Both the position numbers and the translations under genes were made by a program. A DNA stretch of 64,000 bases. Source: Takakia lepidozioides. Its lineage: Eukaryota; Plantae; Bryophyta. Numbering within the stretch: position 1 is the stretch's first letter; each line of letters starts with the position of its first letter. Location of the stretch: NCBI GenBank assembly GCA_030704615.1, contig CM060732.1, positions 5,394,001-5,458,000 on the forward strand. Direction: 5' to 3'. The notes under the pieces are model-generated. The model was given only the letters and a program-made list of their open reading frames with translations. It was not told the origin of the DNA and ran no database searches. This document shows, piece after piece, positions 35,242-49,216 of the stretch.

Positions 35242-38200
35242 ATGAGTGATGAAAGAGAAGCTAGACGACAGAGATATTCAGCAAAAAGAGAAAGCTATCT
35301 GAAAGCTAATTATCCATATCTTTGGGAGAGAGGAATAGACATAGGGGAATCATCTGGACCTCTCACACCATCAAGATCAAAGAGTGCATCACCTATACCG
35401 GAAGAACTAGAGTTGGATGCCACTCCTTCTGTTTCTTTGCAAGAAAGATTAAGGGAATTGGTACAGGAAGAAGATCAATCACGAGGTGAAAGATCTGAGG
35501 TACATCCTTGGATAAAAGACTTGACAGAAATCTTTGATAAGAGTTGGCATGGAACACCAAAAGCAGGAACTCCAGTTTCTGAAGCAGAAGGAAGAAGGAG
35601 AAGAGGATGTGGCAGAGCCAACGGAGAGTTCAGACTCTCCAACACCATTACAGTTGAGTTACATGAGTGAAGAAGAAACCCAAGGGCAGAACTTGGAGGA
35701 TGAAAACAGAGAGAAGAAAAAGAAGAGGAAGAATATGAAGAAGTAGACCCAACAGCTGAGGTTGAGACTACAACCAGGACATCCCAACCCGTTGGACCTG
35801 GATCAAGTGGAGCACTTGGATCACAGGCCAACGAAGGTGTCGGCTCAGGGGGATCAGGCGGGCTGCCTGGATCTGGCTCTGGGGGACAGGGAGTGTGGGA
35901 AGTAGTGCAACTGAAGCTGGGAATACTGTGAATATCGTGGGGCCAGAAGCAGGGAGTGCTCAAGGGCCACCACTTGGTGGAAGATCCACCACAAAAACAA
36001 CAGGTCCAGAAGGACCAGCACCAGCAAGGGTGCCAGCACCTGTCAGTGGGCAGAAGGTAGGGCCACAGATGGCGTTACAACCAACACGGGCAAAACCACC
36101 CTTTCCAATATATTCAGGAAAGGGGATCCCGATGTACACATTAGCCAATTTGAGCACATGTGTATAGTGAACAATGAGAATGGCGATGATGCCAAGATGA
36201 GACTGTTTCCTTGTTCACTTATCAAGAAAGCAAGTGAATGGTATGCAAGATTCCCTGATAATCATTTCCTAACCTGGAATGGCTTGAATACAGCATTTCG
36301 AAATAGGTTCAGGACAAGTAAAACTGAGGATGAAGTGTATGGAAGTTTACAACAGCTGAAGCAGAAGAAGCATGAAACTGTTGAAGAGTATATGGAGAAG
36401 ATGGAATTGATGATGAAAAAGCTGGCTGCAGTACCAGCGCCCGGTTTAGAAGACTTGGTTTGTGAGTGGACTAAGACCAGAGTTGCAAAAGAAAGTGGAT
36501 ATGTTACCCATAATACAGTGGAGGAGGCATTTGAAAACTGCGAACAGAATTGAGCAATTGGGAATGCTCAGGAGAGAGAAAAAAAGAAGATGAGGACTCT
36601 GAGGATGAGTCAGATGAAGAAGAAGAGCAAGAACTAAAAAGAAAGAGTAAGAGAAAGGAGAAGTTGAAGAGGGATAACTATGAAAAAAAATTGGAAGAAA
36701 TCTGAAGAAGTATGCCACAGAGGCTGCAACACATTGGAGGAAGGGTGTATGGTGTGCAAAGTGCCAGAATGAAGGCCATACCACCACAGAATGCCACATG
36801 AAGGAGAAACACTGTACTATCTGTAAAATGGATAACCATTCTACTGAGAATTGTTACTACAACAGAAGGACAGCTGCAAGAGAACCTAGGCAAGTAAGGG
36901 TGCATCAGGTGCAGCCCCAGCCAAGAAGAAACAATGATCAGGACCACTATGGTAGGTCTGGTGGTTATAACAATGGCATGGAAGGGAGAGGTAATTCAAG
37001 AGGGAATTACCAAGGAAATTCCAGAGGCAACTATCAGGGTAATCCAAGGGGGAATTACCAGCCGGGAATCAGGATTATAGAAATAATCCAAGAAAGAGAC
37101 CAAGGGCGAGGACCCAATGGTGAAGAGCTATGTTACTATTGTAATCAGCCAGGACATCGCAAGGCAGCCTGTTCATTCTGGATAAGACACCAGAATGAGA
37201 TGAGAGCTCCTGTGAATGAGGGCCCAGTGGTGGCAGCTCACATGGTTAGGCCATGTGTTGTACCAGAAGTAAGTACAATGATAGTAACAAGAAGTAAAGC
37301 CAAACTAATACCTCCAGTAGAAGAGGAAGAAGATGAGACTGGAAGTGGCAATGATATGCCTGAAGATGAAGAGACTTGGAAAGATGAGAAGGAACTGCAC
37401 AAGGAAGTGGCAGATACTATAAGGGAAATGCAAAAGAGTACTGATATTCCTGTGGCAGATTCCTCTGATTCGGATGGAGAAAAAGAAGGGAGTGAGGAAG
37501 AAAGGAAAAAAGAAGATGCAGACATGCAAAGTAATGAAGAGACTTTGGCTGAAGTAATATGTCAGACCAAAGCAGAAATTACCATTGGACAGCTATTAGC
37601 TGTGGCACCTTATTGTAGGCACAGGCTGTATCAAGCAATCAATCGAATTGCCCAAGAGACAGGAAACACAGACCTGAACAGCAAGGTGACCAGTTATAAT
37701 GTGAAGCCGGAAGGGCGAGAAACAGTGGACTTTGATGATTCTATGCCAGTAATCCAATTGAGAATTGGAAGCACAGAACTAACTGATGTACTGATAGATG
37801 GTGGTTCTGGAGTAAATATCATGACAGACCAATTAAGGAAGAAGCTTGGTCTAAGTAACATGAAACCAGCCCCATTTACAGTAACAATGGCAGATCAAAG
37901 AAGTGTACAGCCATTGGGATTAATAAGAGGAGTTAAGATACAGATACAGAAAATGATCTTTATGATCACAGTAACTGTATTAAAAATGGATGAAGTCATG
38001 GAGGCTTACTCCTTATTATTGGGACGTCCGTGGCTGAAACAGGCCAGGGTATTCCATGACTGGAATTCTCAGTTACTAACCGTGCATAATGGGATACACG
38101 AGATACAAATTACCACAAAGAAATCTAGTAGATTACCTGCTACAAGAAGACCTCGAGGAGTCAGAGAGTATGACTGGAGAGGAGGACTGGATGAGGAGCA

Positions 38201-38504
38201 GGAAGCTACCCTATTTGCTGCACACCCAGAGTGGGAGCAGGTTGCAGAGATGCGGCTGGAAAGCCTAAGTTGTTTGAGAGGTATCTGCTGTGGTGTAGTG
38301 ACAGCAACACCAACTGAAGAGGAAACCAGCATTTACCCATCACATTTCTATGAAGAAAGAGAAGGAGAAATAGAAATCCTAGAAGAACCAGCCACTGTGA
38401 GCTTACAGGATGAAGTGGTGACTGGTTGGACAATCACAGCTGATGAGCAGGTGAGAGAAGAAGTAAATGTGGGAACTGAGGAGGATGGTGAAAGTAGGAG
38501 CTGA
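35242..38504 (+). CDS. Element B gag (three CCHC knuckles) and protease, frameshifted
   Basis: Gag 'LFPCSLIKKASEWY...WNGLNTAFRNRF...LKQKKHETVEEY'; knuckles CAKCQNEGHTTTEC, CTICKMDNHSTENC, CYYCNQPGHRKAAC; protease 'VLIDGGSGVNIM...LLLGRPWL'. Confidence 0.9.
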
Positions 38505-39830
38505 TTTGGAGCCGGAATTCTTCGAAGAAGCTAAAAGCTTGTTCATCAAATACAGAGATGTATTTGCTTGGAGCTATGAGGATCTAAAAGGGATACCACC
38601 TGAAGTCTGTCAGCATAAGATTGAACTGGAACCAGGGTCAGTACCAATCAAGCAGGCGAGGTATAGAATGAATCCCAACTACGCACAGAAGGTTGGAGAA
38701 GAGATAAAGAAGTTGGCTGAGGCTAAGTTTATATACCCAATAGAGTATACAACTTGGTTGTCACCCATTGTTATAGTTCCCAAGAAGAATGGCAAACTAA
38801 GAGTATGTGTGAACTATAAGAAGCTGAATGCTTGTACGAAGAAAAGATCCTTTCCCTTTGCCATTCACAGAAGCAGTATTAGACACTGTGGCAGGCCATG
38901 AGATGTACTCATTCATGGATGGCTTCAGTGGTTATAATCAAGTGCAAGTGGCAGAAGAAGACCAAGGGAAAACAGCTTTCATCACAGACTGGGGGGCTTA
39001 TGCATACAAAGTCATGCCCTTTGGACTTTGTAATGCACCAGCGACTTTCAGAGAGTGATAAGTGAATCTTTTCATGAGTATCTGGATGATTTCATGCAGG
39101 TATTCTGGATGATTTCAGTGTGTACAGCTCTAAGATGAGCACTTGCATAAATTGGAGTTAAGATGCAAAATGATGAGATGGCCTTGTCTCGGGGTGAGGG
39201 GGGGGTGCCCCGTGGGACAGTGTTGAGATCCATTAAAGCCTCTCCACCACCAGTGAATGTTAAAAGTCTAGGAGATTCCTTGGGCAAACCAGTTATTACA
39301 GGAGATTTGTCAAAAGGTATGCACAAATAGCAGCACCATTGAGCAAACTCTGAAGAAAGATGCAGTGTTTGCCTGGACAGCTGAATGTCAACAGGCGTTT
39401 GAGGAACTTACACTGTCAGTAACAACTACACCTGTGCTGATTAACCCTCACTGGCATGTAGTATTCATGTTCACTGCGATGCATCAGGAGAAGCGTTGGG
39501 AGCGGTGTTAGCCCAGAATGTTACAGGGAATATAGATTCACCTGTGTACTATGCTAGCCGGTTGATGAACAGTGCTGAGAGGAACTATACAACGGAAAGA
39601 GAAGCATTGGCAATGATCTATGCAGTGAAGAAAATTCAGGCATTACCTATTGGGAAGAAGTTATGTTTATGTGGATCACCAGGCTCTGATATATCTGGTG
39701 AACAAACCTTTGATAAGTGGAAGGATAGCGGTGGTTAATAATCTTGCATGAGTTTGAGTTCGAGGTTATTTACAAGCCTGGCCGTTTGCATCTTGTGGCA
39801 GATCATTTGTCACGACTAACAAGGAGAGGC
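38467..39830 (+). CDS. Element B RT and RNase H, heavily frameshifted
   Basis: 'DVFAWSYEDLKGI', 'WLSPIVIVPKKNGKLRVCV', 'MDGFSGYNQ', 'MPFGLCNAPATF', 'YYASRLM..AERNY..EREALA'. Confidence 0.92.
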
Positions 39831-39859
39831 CGCCACAGGAGTGGACGATCAGTTACCTG

Positions 39860-41170
39860 ATGCGAGTTTTTGTAATGGAGGTGCAAGGAAGTGCAGATGA
39901 ATGGTTAGATTGGCAGTGGCCAATCAGATACTACCTTGCTCATGGTCAGTGCCCACCTAGTTATGGTAAGGAGCAGAGGAAGAGAATCGCTATCAAAGCT
40001 TTACCTTATACTATGGTAGGAAGCAGAATGTATAAGTTAGGACCTGATGGAGTACTAAAACGATGCTTGTACCACCATGAAGTAAATAAAGTTTTGGAGG
40101 AAGTTCATAAAGGAGTGGCTGGAGGTCATTTTGGAGAAGAGACTACCAGTAGAAAGATACTACTCGCAGGATACTGGTGGCCTACTTTGTTCAAAGATGT
40201 ACACGAGTATTGTCAGAAGTGTGATGAATGTCAGAGGCTAGGACCTTTGCAGAGATCTGGAAGGATGGCCTGCATCCTACAATGCCTACGGAACCATTTC
40301 AGAAATGGGGACTAGACTTTGTTGGACCAATTAACCCACCATCCAAGAATACACGAAACAGGTACATAATTACAGCCACTGATTATACTACAGTGGGTGG
40401 AAGCTAAAGCTTTGAGGGACAACACAGCCAAGTCCACAGCAAGGTTCCTGTACGAGAACATACTTACACGATTTGTCCCTTAGAATTTATCAGTGATCAA
40501 GGAAGTCACTTCATGAATGAGACCATTGAGTTGTTGACTAAAGAGTTTATGATTGTGCATAGAAAGAGTACAACATATTACCCACAGGGTAATGGGCAGG
40601 CAGAGGCTACCAACAAAATACTATGTACTATCTTGGCTAAGATAGTCAATGCAAACAGAACGGATTGGGATACAAAGCTGCTGACAGCTTTGTGGTCATA
40701 CAGGACTTCATATAAAGTCACCACTAAGTATACACCATTCCAATTAGTTTATGGTATGGAAGCCTTACTTCCAGTGGAATTCCTGTTACCTACCATGAGA
40801 ACGGAGTGGGGGGGAAAAAGAATGGAATTGCAAGACTCCATCAAGGTCAGGAAACATGAATTATACCATGTGGAAGAAGTACGTGCTGATGCAGCTGATA
40901 ATATGACCAGAATTCAGATGAAGCGAAAGGAACAGTTTGATGAAGGCAAGTTAAAGACTTTTAAGACGGGGGATTTGGTTCTATGGTTGCAGAAGAAAGG
41001 AAAGATTCAAGCTTCTAAGCTTAAATCACCATGGAAAGGACCTTATGTCATACAAAAGATGTATGATAACAACACCGCCATGTTACAAACCATTAACAAA
41101 GAAATGCTGGGAAGAGTCAATGCAAATAAGTTGAAGGGGTACAGTGGTATCCATGACAAACCCCTGCAGC
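39860..41170 (+). CDS. Element B integrase, frameshifted
   Basis: '[12 protein letters not shown]...CDECQR', 'SDQGSHF', '[14 protein letters not shown]', 'TPFQLVYG', 'WKGPY', 'VNANKLK'. No chromodomain seen. Confidence 0.92.
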
Positions 41171-41289
41171 ATGATTTGCATGTTGAACCGCAAGAGCAGT
41201 CACGGGCTGCACCAGTGTTACGAACGGAGTATGGAACACTTGTCGCTAGGCCCAGCATATATGACCAGGGTGGGCAAAACAAACGTGGC

Positions 41290-41480
41290 CCATCACAGCC
41301 ATCACGTGCACAGCCTATCACAGCCCATCACGACGACACAGCCTATCACAGCCCAGCACGGCGCAACACAGCCTATCACAACACAGCGTGTCACAGCCTA
41401 TCACAGCTTACCACAGTGCATCACAGCCTATCACAGCGTAACACAGTATGACACAGCCTGTCACAGCTCAACACAGCCTA
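41290..41480. repeat. ATCACAGCC array just after element B pol
   Basis: Repeated 'cacagcctatcacagc' units. Confidence 0.85.
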
Positions 41481-42164
41481 CTAAAGTTACACGATCCATA
41501 GAATCAGTGACAAGTGGACACATAATAACTTCAGGAAAATGGCTGACGGAAGAGGAAACGGAAATTACTTTAAAAATAGACACGTGGAGGTCAGGGCGCG
41601 ACACACAGCCGAGAATGAAGTGCAAGGACAGGTGTCAAAAGAAAGAGGACAAGAACGGCCGTCAAAAGGGATGAAAGGCGGGCCCATTAATGAATACGGA
41701 AAAAGGGAAACGGAACGAACGGCAAGTACAGAAAAGCGAATTCTTGTCACATGTGTGATCCTAGTGGACTATCCAACAGGGAAAGTCCACTAAAGAAGAT
41801 AAAATCTAAAATCCAGTCACAGCGGATACAGCCAATAGAAAACCAGAGAAAATGATCAAGAAAATGGAGGGAAATTGAGCGCAAGAGGCGGCGTCGTTCT
41901 GAGTAACGGGCGTCTCGACAGGACCAAATGCTATAACTTGGAAACTATGGAGGAACTAACAGACTATACGCTCGCAATATTACTTACGCAGTGGCATAGA
42001 CACGAAAAAGGACAGAGCGGAGCTTTTCTCTTGAGCAATGCTTGCAAGCCCCGCAGGCTTACAAGAAATTACCCATAGCTTTCTGCGGCAACCATACGTT
42101 TATGCTTTGTGCACTACAGGCATTCCTGCAGTTGTTACAGCCAAAACAGTTCTGTGAGTCTAAA

Positions 42165-45100
42165 ATGAAGAGAGTGAGAGGAATGGAGGAAATCAGGGTG
42201 AAGAGCACCACAATTCTGCAGAAACAAACGATTGCTACCCCACAGGCGATACAGATACTGGAGGAGCTGAGATTGCAAGGATTGCAAAGCCTAGATTGGA
42301 CACTACACCATAGACAGTACATGTTACAATTTTTGCAGAACTTTGAGCCAAGGACAGGAACAACAACGGTGAAGGGAGTTGAATTAATGATTACTCCCCT
42401 ATACCTCCAGCAATTGTTTCGATTGCCAGCAGGTCAGGTGCATGTGGAGAACACAGGGCAAGACTGCAAATAGGGGACTTATTCCAAGAAGGGAGTTTCT
42501 TTAAAACTCAGGGTTATGCTTGTACCAAGGCTGTGTACCCAGGGTTAAAAGAGGTAGGCCAGGTATTGAACGTTCTGATTGCCATGAAACAGAACCAACA
42601 GTATTTGAGCAGATCCTTCACGGAGGAAATACTCAAAGGCCTGAAGGGACAAGAGGTACAATGGGCGGACATAATGTACAACGCACTGGTAGGAGATGAA
42701 AAGATTACAAGGTACTACCGCAAAGTCTCCTATCATAGTGTCTGGCCCAATCATTGCTCAAATAATCCTTGATTCTGGCATACTTAATGCGCAAGAAAGA
42801 AAGGAAGGAAATGGGAGTGTTGAGCAGCCAGAAACAATGCAATGGAAGAGCAAGGCTCTTCACAGTGAGGGTGGACTAGCAGGGCAACCCGAGACTAAGA
42901 GGCAGAGAGGGGAAAGACTGTAGTGGCGGATCCACTGGCTTCACGGATTCCGCATGATAATGTTTCCCAAGCTCATGGCCAGGAAGGGGCACAGCAGCAA
43001 GAGAAATGCTATTACTGGAAGCAGGACCTTCAGAGAGGGAGGAGGAAGTTACTTCTGCATCACAACCATCACAGCCACCTGAACGACTTGTCACAAGGTC
43101 ACAAGTTATCCATGCAGCTCAACCCGAAATAATTGATTTGGAAAGTGAAGGGTTAGATATTCCAACTACAGAACAGATAGTGGCAGAAATAGAGAAGGGG
43201 GACCTTCTCTATGAATATTCTGGTCTGGTCAAGGAGACAGAAATCCCAGAGGTGCAACAGTTGCCCAAGGGAAATCCTGAGGTGCATATAATACACACAC
43301 CTGTGTCGGAGGTACCACAGGCGGAAGGTCATGACACTGTAGCACCGGTGATAGATGAAGTAGTTCAGGAAGAAAATCCGGTGGGACAATGGCCTGAATG
43401 GTTAGTGAGACATCACTGTTGAAGATCAGGAGGAACAGCAGCAACCTCACCATGATGACCCTCAACAGGCAATGCTGATGAGTTCCATAGGCAGGACACT
43501 TAATTTGTTGGGGACTTATGTCAAATCCCATGTTCCAATTACCCAATTGACAGCCTTGAAAGAGGAACTCAGGAAGGAGTTTGAGGCTCGACTTGCCACT
43601 GAGTGTGCAAACAAGGTCGATGAAGAGGTCACTCTCAAGATGAAGCAGGACTTGGGAAATACAGAAATGGCTTTGCAATTGGCCAAGAACAATTGATTGA
43701 GGCAGGCCTCGCGCAAGACCAGTTGCACGAAGCACATAAGCAACAGCTATACCAAATGCAGGTGCAGCATGAAAGCAAGTTGCAAGAACTGAATGCACTA
43801 CATACGGAGTTGCAGACAGTGCATAACAGGATGGCGATACAATGTGCTACATTTACAACTATGCTTGACCAATCTACAAAAGAAATAAACAGTCAAGCGG
43901 AAAAATGTACGAAGGCAGAAGAAGAGAATGTTGAGCAATGAAGCTCATTGTCGATATGAAGAATACAATCTGTCGCAATGAAGATACTTTCAAGCAATAC
44001 AGGCAGATTGAAGCTGATCAAGAGAGCACATCGTGGAGTTGCAACAAACCATCATGGCCAATAAAATGAAATCGCGGTCAATAACAAGGCTTGGAAGGAA
44101 GCCAATAATTACTTGCTGCTTTATGCGCAATTGGTTGAACCTCAGGCGAAGCGCATGGAGGCTTTACAACAGCAGTTGGAATGTACAAGCTAAGAGAGGA
44201 GCAAACTCTCAGGGGAACCACAAGCAACTTGGTGGATACAGCCTTATGCAGGTCTGGTTAGCACAAGGGCCAGTAGAGGGCAAAGCACCACGGAAACCCA
44301 CCAAGCGAGAGATGAATGAGCTCAGGTGCAGGTGCAGAACATTGCCACAACTACTATAGACAATGTCTATAGTAGGATAGCAGAGTTACAGAGGATGTAG
44401 ACGGACTCCAGACTCAAGTGGAAGACCTCACTTCAAACATCGACCAAAGAGTCTATATCCTCAGGAACAGCTAATGGCTTCTTTATTACAAGCCAGAACT
44501 TTGGCTTTTCAGTCTTCACAGGAGGTGCAGGAGATGCCAATGATACAAGAGCCAGTACCACCACCACCACAACAAGTCACTGTACCAGTAGCTGAACCTG
44601 TGGTTACTACAAACACACCACAGCCACCACAGCGGAGGTATGGGCAATGCCGCTTTTAACCCACCTAAAACTCCAGCTGCAAGGGAGTACAGTAGGGCTA
44701 TGATTATGCCCTTCAACCAAATTCCCATCATGTTGGATTTGGCTTGGAAAGAATTAGTCCTCCGCAGTCATTCGCACATTCTACCAAATCATGCGTATTT
44801 GGCTGCCAGTGGCAAAAGAGGACTAAAGTTCTTCCGAACAATCGACATATTGAAGATCATCACTTTGCACAATACTGGCACGAGGCAGGTACCATGTTTG
44901 AGGGAATTGATGCTTTCCAGGTTGTACATGGACTCATTTTTTATACCAAGACCAAGGAGATAGCAAGTATTGTCATGGGGTGCGGGTTATACTACGCTGC
45001 TTGTTTTCTGGTACGTTACCACATTGAGCAACAAAAGATGCAAACACGCTTTCAAAGTTATTCCAGTGGAGATCATTGGGTATTACCTTCGGTGCCACCT

Positions 45101-45702
45101 CATATGTACCTATATGACCCAAAAGTTATGATGCAAAAGGATTCTCAAATTCGTTCATGGTTTCAAGCGGCCTGCAACCATTTGTCAACACAGAAATTCG
45201 GCATTGATGACATTTTCTATAAGGGACATGTGGCATGGAATACTTGCACGCTGCACCAGTAATTGGTACCCCACTCACCTGGACAGACAAGGAGCTCAGT
45301 GTCTACACCAATTTTGCTGTTCAGCGGTTACACCAAGTTGTAAAATACAAACTTCCAGACATGGTAGGACAGCATTGTATGCCCCAGATGATTCCACAAA
45401 AAGTTCGAAAATTAAAACACCTGAGAGGCGATGAGGATTCTGATACAACTGTTTCTTCACCGAATTCTTTTGACATGGGAGAAGACTATGCAATTCAGAT
45501 GGCAGAGAAGAAGCGACGGGGGTCTCCTATGCCGGAAAGGTTACCTCGATATCAGCCTCCAGAGGGCCTCACTTATCCAGGTAGTGATCAACCATCTCCG
45601 TCAACCAGAGACAGACCTCGGGCTCGTACACACAGTCCGCCACGAAACTCTCAACGTCAAGAAGGTGCTCACTCACAAAGGTTTGCTAGTCGAAATCAGT
45701 AA
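42165..45702 (+). pseudogene. Long additional 3' ORF of element B (Athila-type extra ORF with coiled-coil region), frameshifted
   Basis: Chain of same-strand ORFs 42042-45702. N-terminal 'MLQFLQNFEPRTGTTTVKGVELMITPLYLQQLFRLP' resembles the motif of plant retrotransposon extra ORFs. Heptad-rich at 43450-44200; stop lies just before the PPT. Confidence 0.6.
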
Positions 45703-45740
45703 ACCGTGAGGACACGGCTTTTTGAGGGGGGAAGGGGTAA

Positions 45741-46683
45741 TGTTAGAGGACTGTCGGGGACTTAGACACTTATACGGGATCTGTAGGGTACCCTTAATTT
45801 TTGCACAGACTGAGACCAACAGGAGCCTTAGGGGTGACAGCAGCGCACTGTAGAGGGGGGTTACACAGGTCCGTTTTACAGCCGTCACAGTCGTCACAGC
45901 CGACACAGCCAACACAGCCGTCACAGTCGTCACACACAGCCGACACAGCCGACACAGCCCCACAGCCACACAGCCAGTCACAGCCCGACACAGCCAAACA
46001 CACAGCCAGTCACAGCCGTCACAGTTTCACACAGCCAGTCACAGCTTGACACAGCTGTCACGATCATAGGGAACGAAGAGTAGGACAGGGAACGACTGTG
46101 GGGAACAACACCTGCGAAGGGAACATGTTAGTTCACAGACGACGGTTAGTGAGGGAAACGGTTAGAACCGCGGATAGGAAGATAAAGGGAGAAACGGGGA
46201 ATTGAGGAAGATCATTCGGAGGAGGACTTCTTGGTGATAGAGGAGAGGGGATCGGCAGAGATGAGAACGGAAGTGAAGATAGAGAGATGATGAGTAGATG
46301 CTTGATATATGCAAGGCTGTAATGATATTGTAGAGCAGATTAGAGACACAATGGCTTCGGCCTGATACCTGATAAATCATAATCGGATACTTTTACGATA
46401 CAATCACACTGTGTAGAGAGATCTGAGTGAAGCTGTGGAATGAATGGATGAGCTAATGGAATCCAATAGATTGATAAAGCAAACTGATACTTAATTATCA
46501 ATGGTAAGATAGCTAACATGAATACCAAAAGGGAAACAAATAGGAAACACCCCCATGATACACTAGCTGTAGGTCATGACTGATTGTTCTGCGCGGGCTG
46601 AGTACTTAGAGATTTCCAACTCTTCAATCTTGGAGTTTCCGCCTCGAATAGCGAAGGGATGGGTGAGTAAAAGCCGTGCGACA
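45741..46683 (+). repeat. Element B 3' LTR (943 bp)
   Basis: TGTTAG...GCGACA, preceded by the PPT and followed by TSD ATAAT. Confidence 0.95.
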
Positions 46684-48545
46684 ATAATACTTTGACCCAT
46701 TCTTTGCTTCCATCAACGAAAAGTTCGTACAATTGCAGGTCGGCTCCACTCCGATTGTAATTGTGTATACATCATTGCGTACAGCTGAGCCGGCCGTTGC
46801 CATCCGATAAACACGCCCAAGGCCGGGTGGGGGTACGTCCACAGAGCTCTGAATAGTGCAAGCCATCCCAAGAGCATTGGCAATCCGAGTCTCATTCAAC
46901 TTGTTGGGAGGGTGTCGTCTCTTCACTCTTCCGAATCGCATTGTGGGATGTGCAGAATTGTCCAATCCGTCTCTACTGGACCGAACAGTCTGCAATGGCT
47001 GGGTCTGAGGAACTGGAAATGGGTGGGCCGGGACGTCTGTGCGTTGCACCATTCAAAATCCTGCTGCAGAAAGAGCATCCGCCTCATTCTGAGAGAGGTT
47101 GCAACCCAGTGCAACAGGCCAGACGCCCGGAGGCTCCAGCATTCCCTAAATCCCGTACTTAGGCTTGCCAAATACACAAGTCATTATGTCGTGCCTACAG
47201 AACCAAAACGTCTGCGTTGTGGCGTGAAAAAATGTGGGAGTCAAAAATTTGTAACTGAAACAAGGTGCAAATACAGCACCGTGTGGGTTTCTTCGAATCA
47301 TCTCACCACAACGTGCTTTCGTATCCACCCGGATGGCGCAACACTTCCCTCGAAATGCCGGCAATGTCCTTGCAATTCTCCACTGTGACTCCAACACTCT
47401 TGTCTCCACAATGGGTATGTTGTACTGCGTTACTACATATGGCTCGTTATGTTCCTCGAGCACGTACCCTGTGCTCAAAGGAGATGGCGATCTTGAACGT
47501 GCAGGACTTGCGGTGCTCGACGAGACCTCCTCGGGCAACATCACGGGACCACGAGGGAGCGTGCGAATATTCTTGTCAGCTCGCCATGAATCTTCTTCTC
47601 CGCCAGGTGCCTCGTCAAGTCTTTGTCTCACTGGACGGGTGTAAACATCTCCTTCCAAGTGTTGGCCTCTTCGAAGTGATGGCGTGTCCCGAAGGCCCTC
47701 TCGCAAGGTTGCCGCCCACTTCCGAGGATTCTTCGATCTGGAGGCAGTCCGCATCAGCATTTCCTACCTGTCCGGCCCCAAGCCCCACTGTTTCCGTTTC
47801 AAAAACTCGTTGTACCTGCATTGCTGCATAATTGACCTCACAATGTCCTCCGTTGTGGCAGTGAGGATGTCCACCAGATGCGCCGCAGAGGAGGCACGCC
47901 AGGAAGAATGTACTGATTCGGCCATGTTTGTTGTCGGCATGTCAATGTCAGAGTCCAGACACATTTCCTGCACATGCACATACTGAGGTTACAAGCAAGT
48001 TACAAATAATGACTAGCATAATATTCAACGGGACGCGAATTCGTCCAATTCACCTCCCGCATATAGTCGCCGAACTGGAGGAAACGATAATGCTACCATG
48101 CTAGCCAACTGACCATTGCTCCCTTGTCTAATTTCTTTACAGCACCTGACGTTGTTCACCAAGCCCGTATACATGCAAACTGTGTCTCTGCATCATCCAA
48201 GGTGGGAGCACGCTTCCACGCAAGACACATGGAACAGTGCTCCTCTTTGAAATCTAGCGCCACGAGCCTGGTTGTAAACTGCGACAAGCTCTGCAGAAAA
48301 TGGAACCCACAAGATCTCTCCTTGCCTTCCATCGGAACATTGGGGTCTTCCCCGTACACCCTTCGGATGGCAGCCCAATTTGCTTGTGCGTTGTCCGCCA
48401 TGAAACCACGGAAATTGGGCGGGGGCAATCCCGCCCTGGCTATCTGTTCGTTTATTCCCTGCCAAAGAAGCATCTCCGATTGTGTGTCCTCTCCTTTCAT
48501 CTCACAAATAGCAATTGTCATTAGCATCATGCAGTGGGTGTCGTA
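46684..48545 (-). pseudogene. Mutator-like (MULE) DDE transposase with SWIM zinc finger; interrupted by element B and by the CACTA element
   Basis: 'GFMADNAQANW...SCGFHFLQ' (D...CxxH), 'PTTNMAESVH' (E), 'YTITIGVEPTCNC' (SWIM). Intron ~48054->47968. Trp codons mutated to stops. Confidence 0.8.
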
Positions 48546-49216
48546 GAGGAAAAACGCGGAATAACCACTTGCCCTTTAACCACTACTGTCTTTTTCCACT
48601 CTATAAACCACTAATAACCACTTGCCAGTGGTTAATCCCAATGAAATGCCACGGTGGCATCACAGACAGTGGTTGGAAGTGGTTTCAACCACTCAGTAGT
48701 CCACGTGTAATAATTTGTTTTTATTTATTTATTATTTATTTGGTAATATATTTTAATTAATATAATATAATATTTCACGTGGACGAGTGCAGTGGTACAT
48801 TGTGAGTGGTTATAGACACCTCAGTGATGGGAAGTGGTTGAAACCACTTGCTACTCCACGTGTAATAATTCAAATTTTGTTTGTGATTTATGATTTGGAA
48901 ATATATTTTAATTCATAATTATAATATTCCACGTGGACGGGGAGTTGATCTTGAGTGGTTTAAAGACACCTCATTGATTTGTACCACTTTGACAGTGGTG
49001 GAGAGTGGGTGGTGAAAGATACTGCAGTAATTGGAACCACTATTCTAGTGGTTGCTCATGAGTGGTTGCCTACACACAAGTGATTGGTACCACTTTTTGG
49101 GTGATACATGAAAAATTTTAAGTGGTTTGTGCAGCTGTGACAGACTTTGAAAAACAGACAAGTGGCCAGACCATTGTGGCATGATGCTATTGAACAAATG
49201 GTTCCAACGTTAAACT

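Larger units (their letters stand above)
22565..46683 (+). mobile_element. Element B: full-length non-chromovirus Ty3/Gypsy LTR retrotransposon (Athila/Tat-like group), containing nested element A1
   Basis: TG...CA LTRs: 5' LTR 22565-22943 plus 34127-34635; 3' LTR 45741-46683. 5-bp TSD ATAAT (22560-22564, 46684-46688). PBS-like TGGCGACCATACTGGGGAC at 34638. PPT GAGGGGGGAAGGGG at 45724. Domain order gag-PR-RT-RH-IN. Confidence 0.95.
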
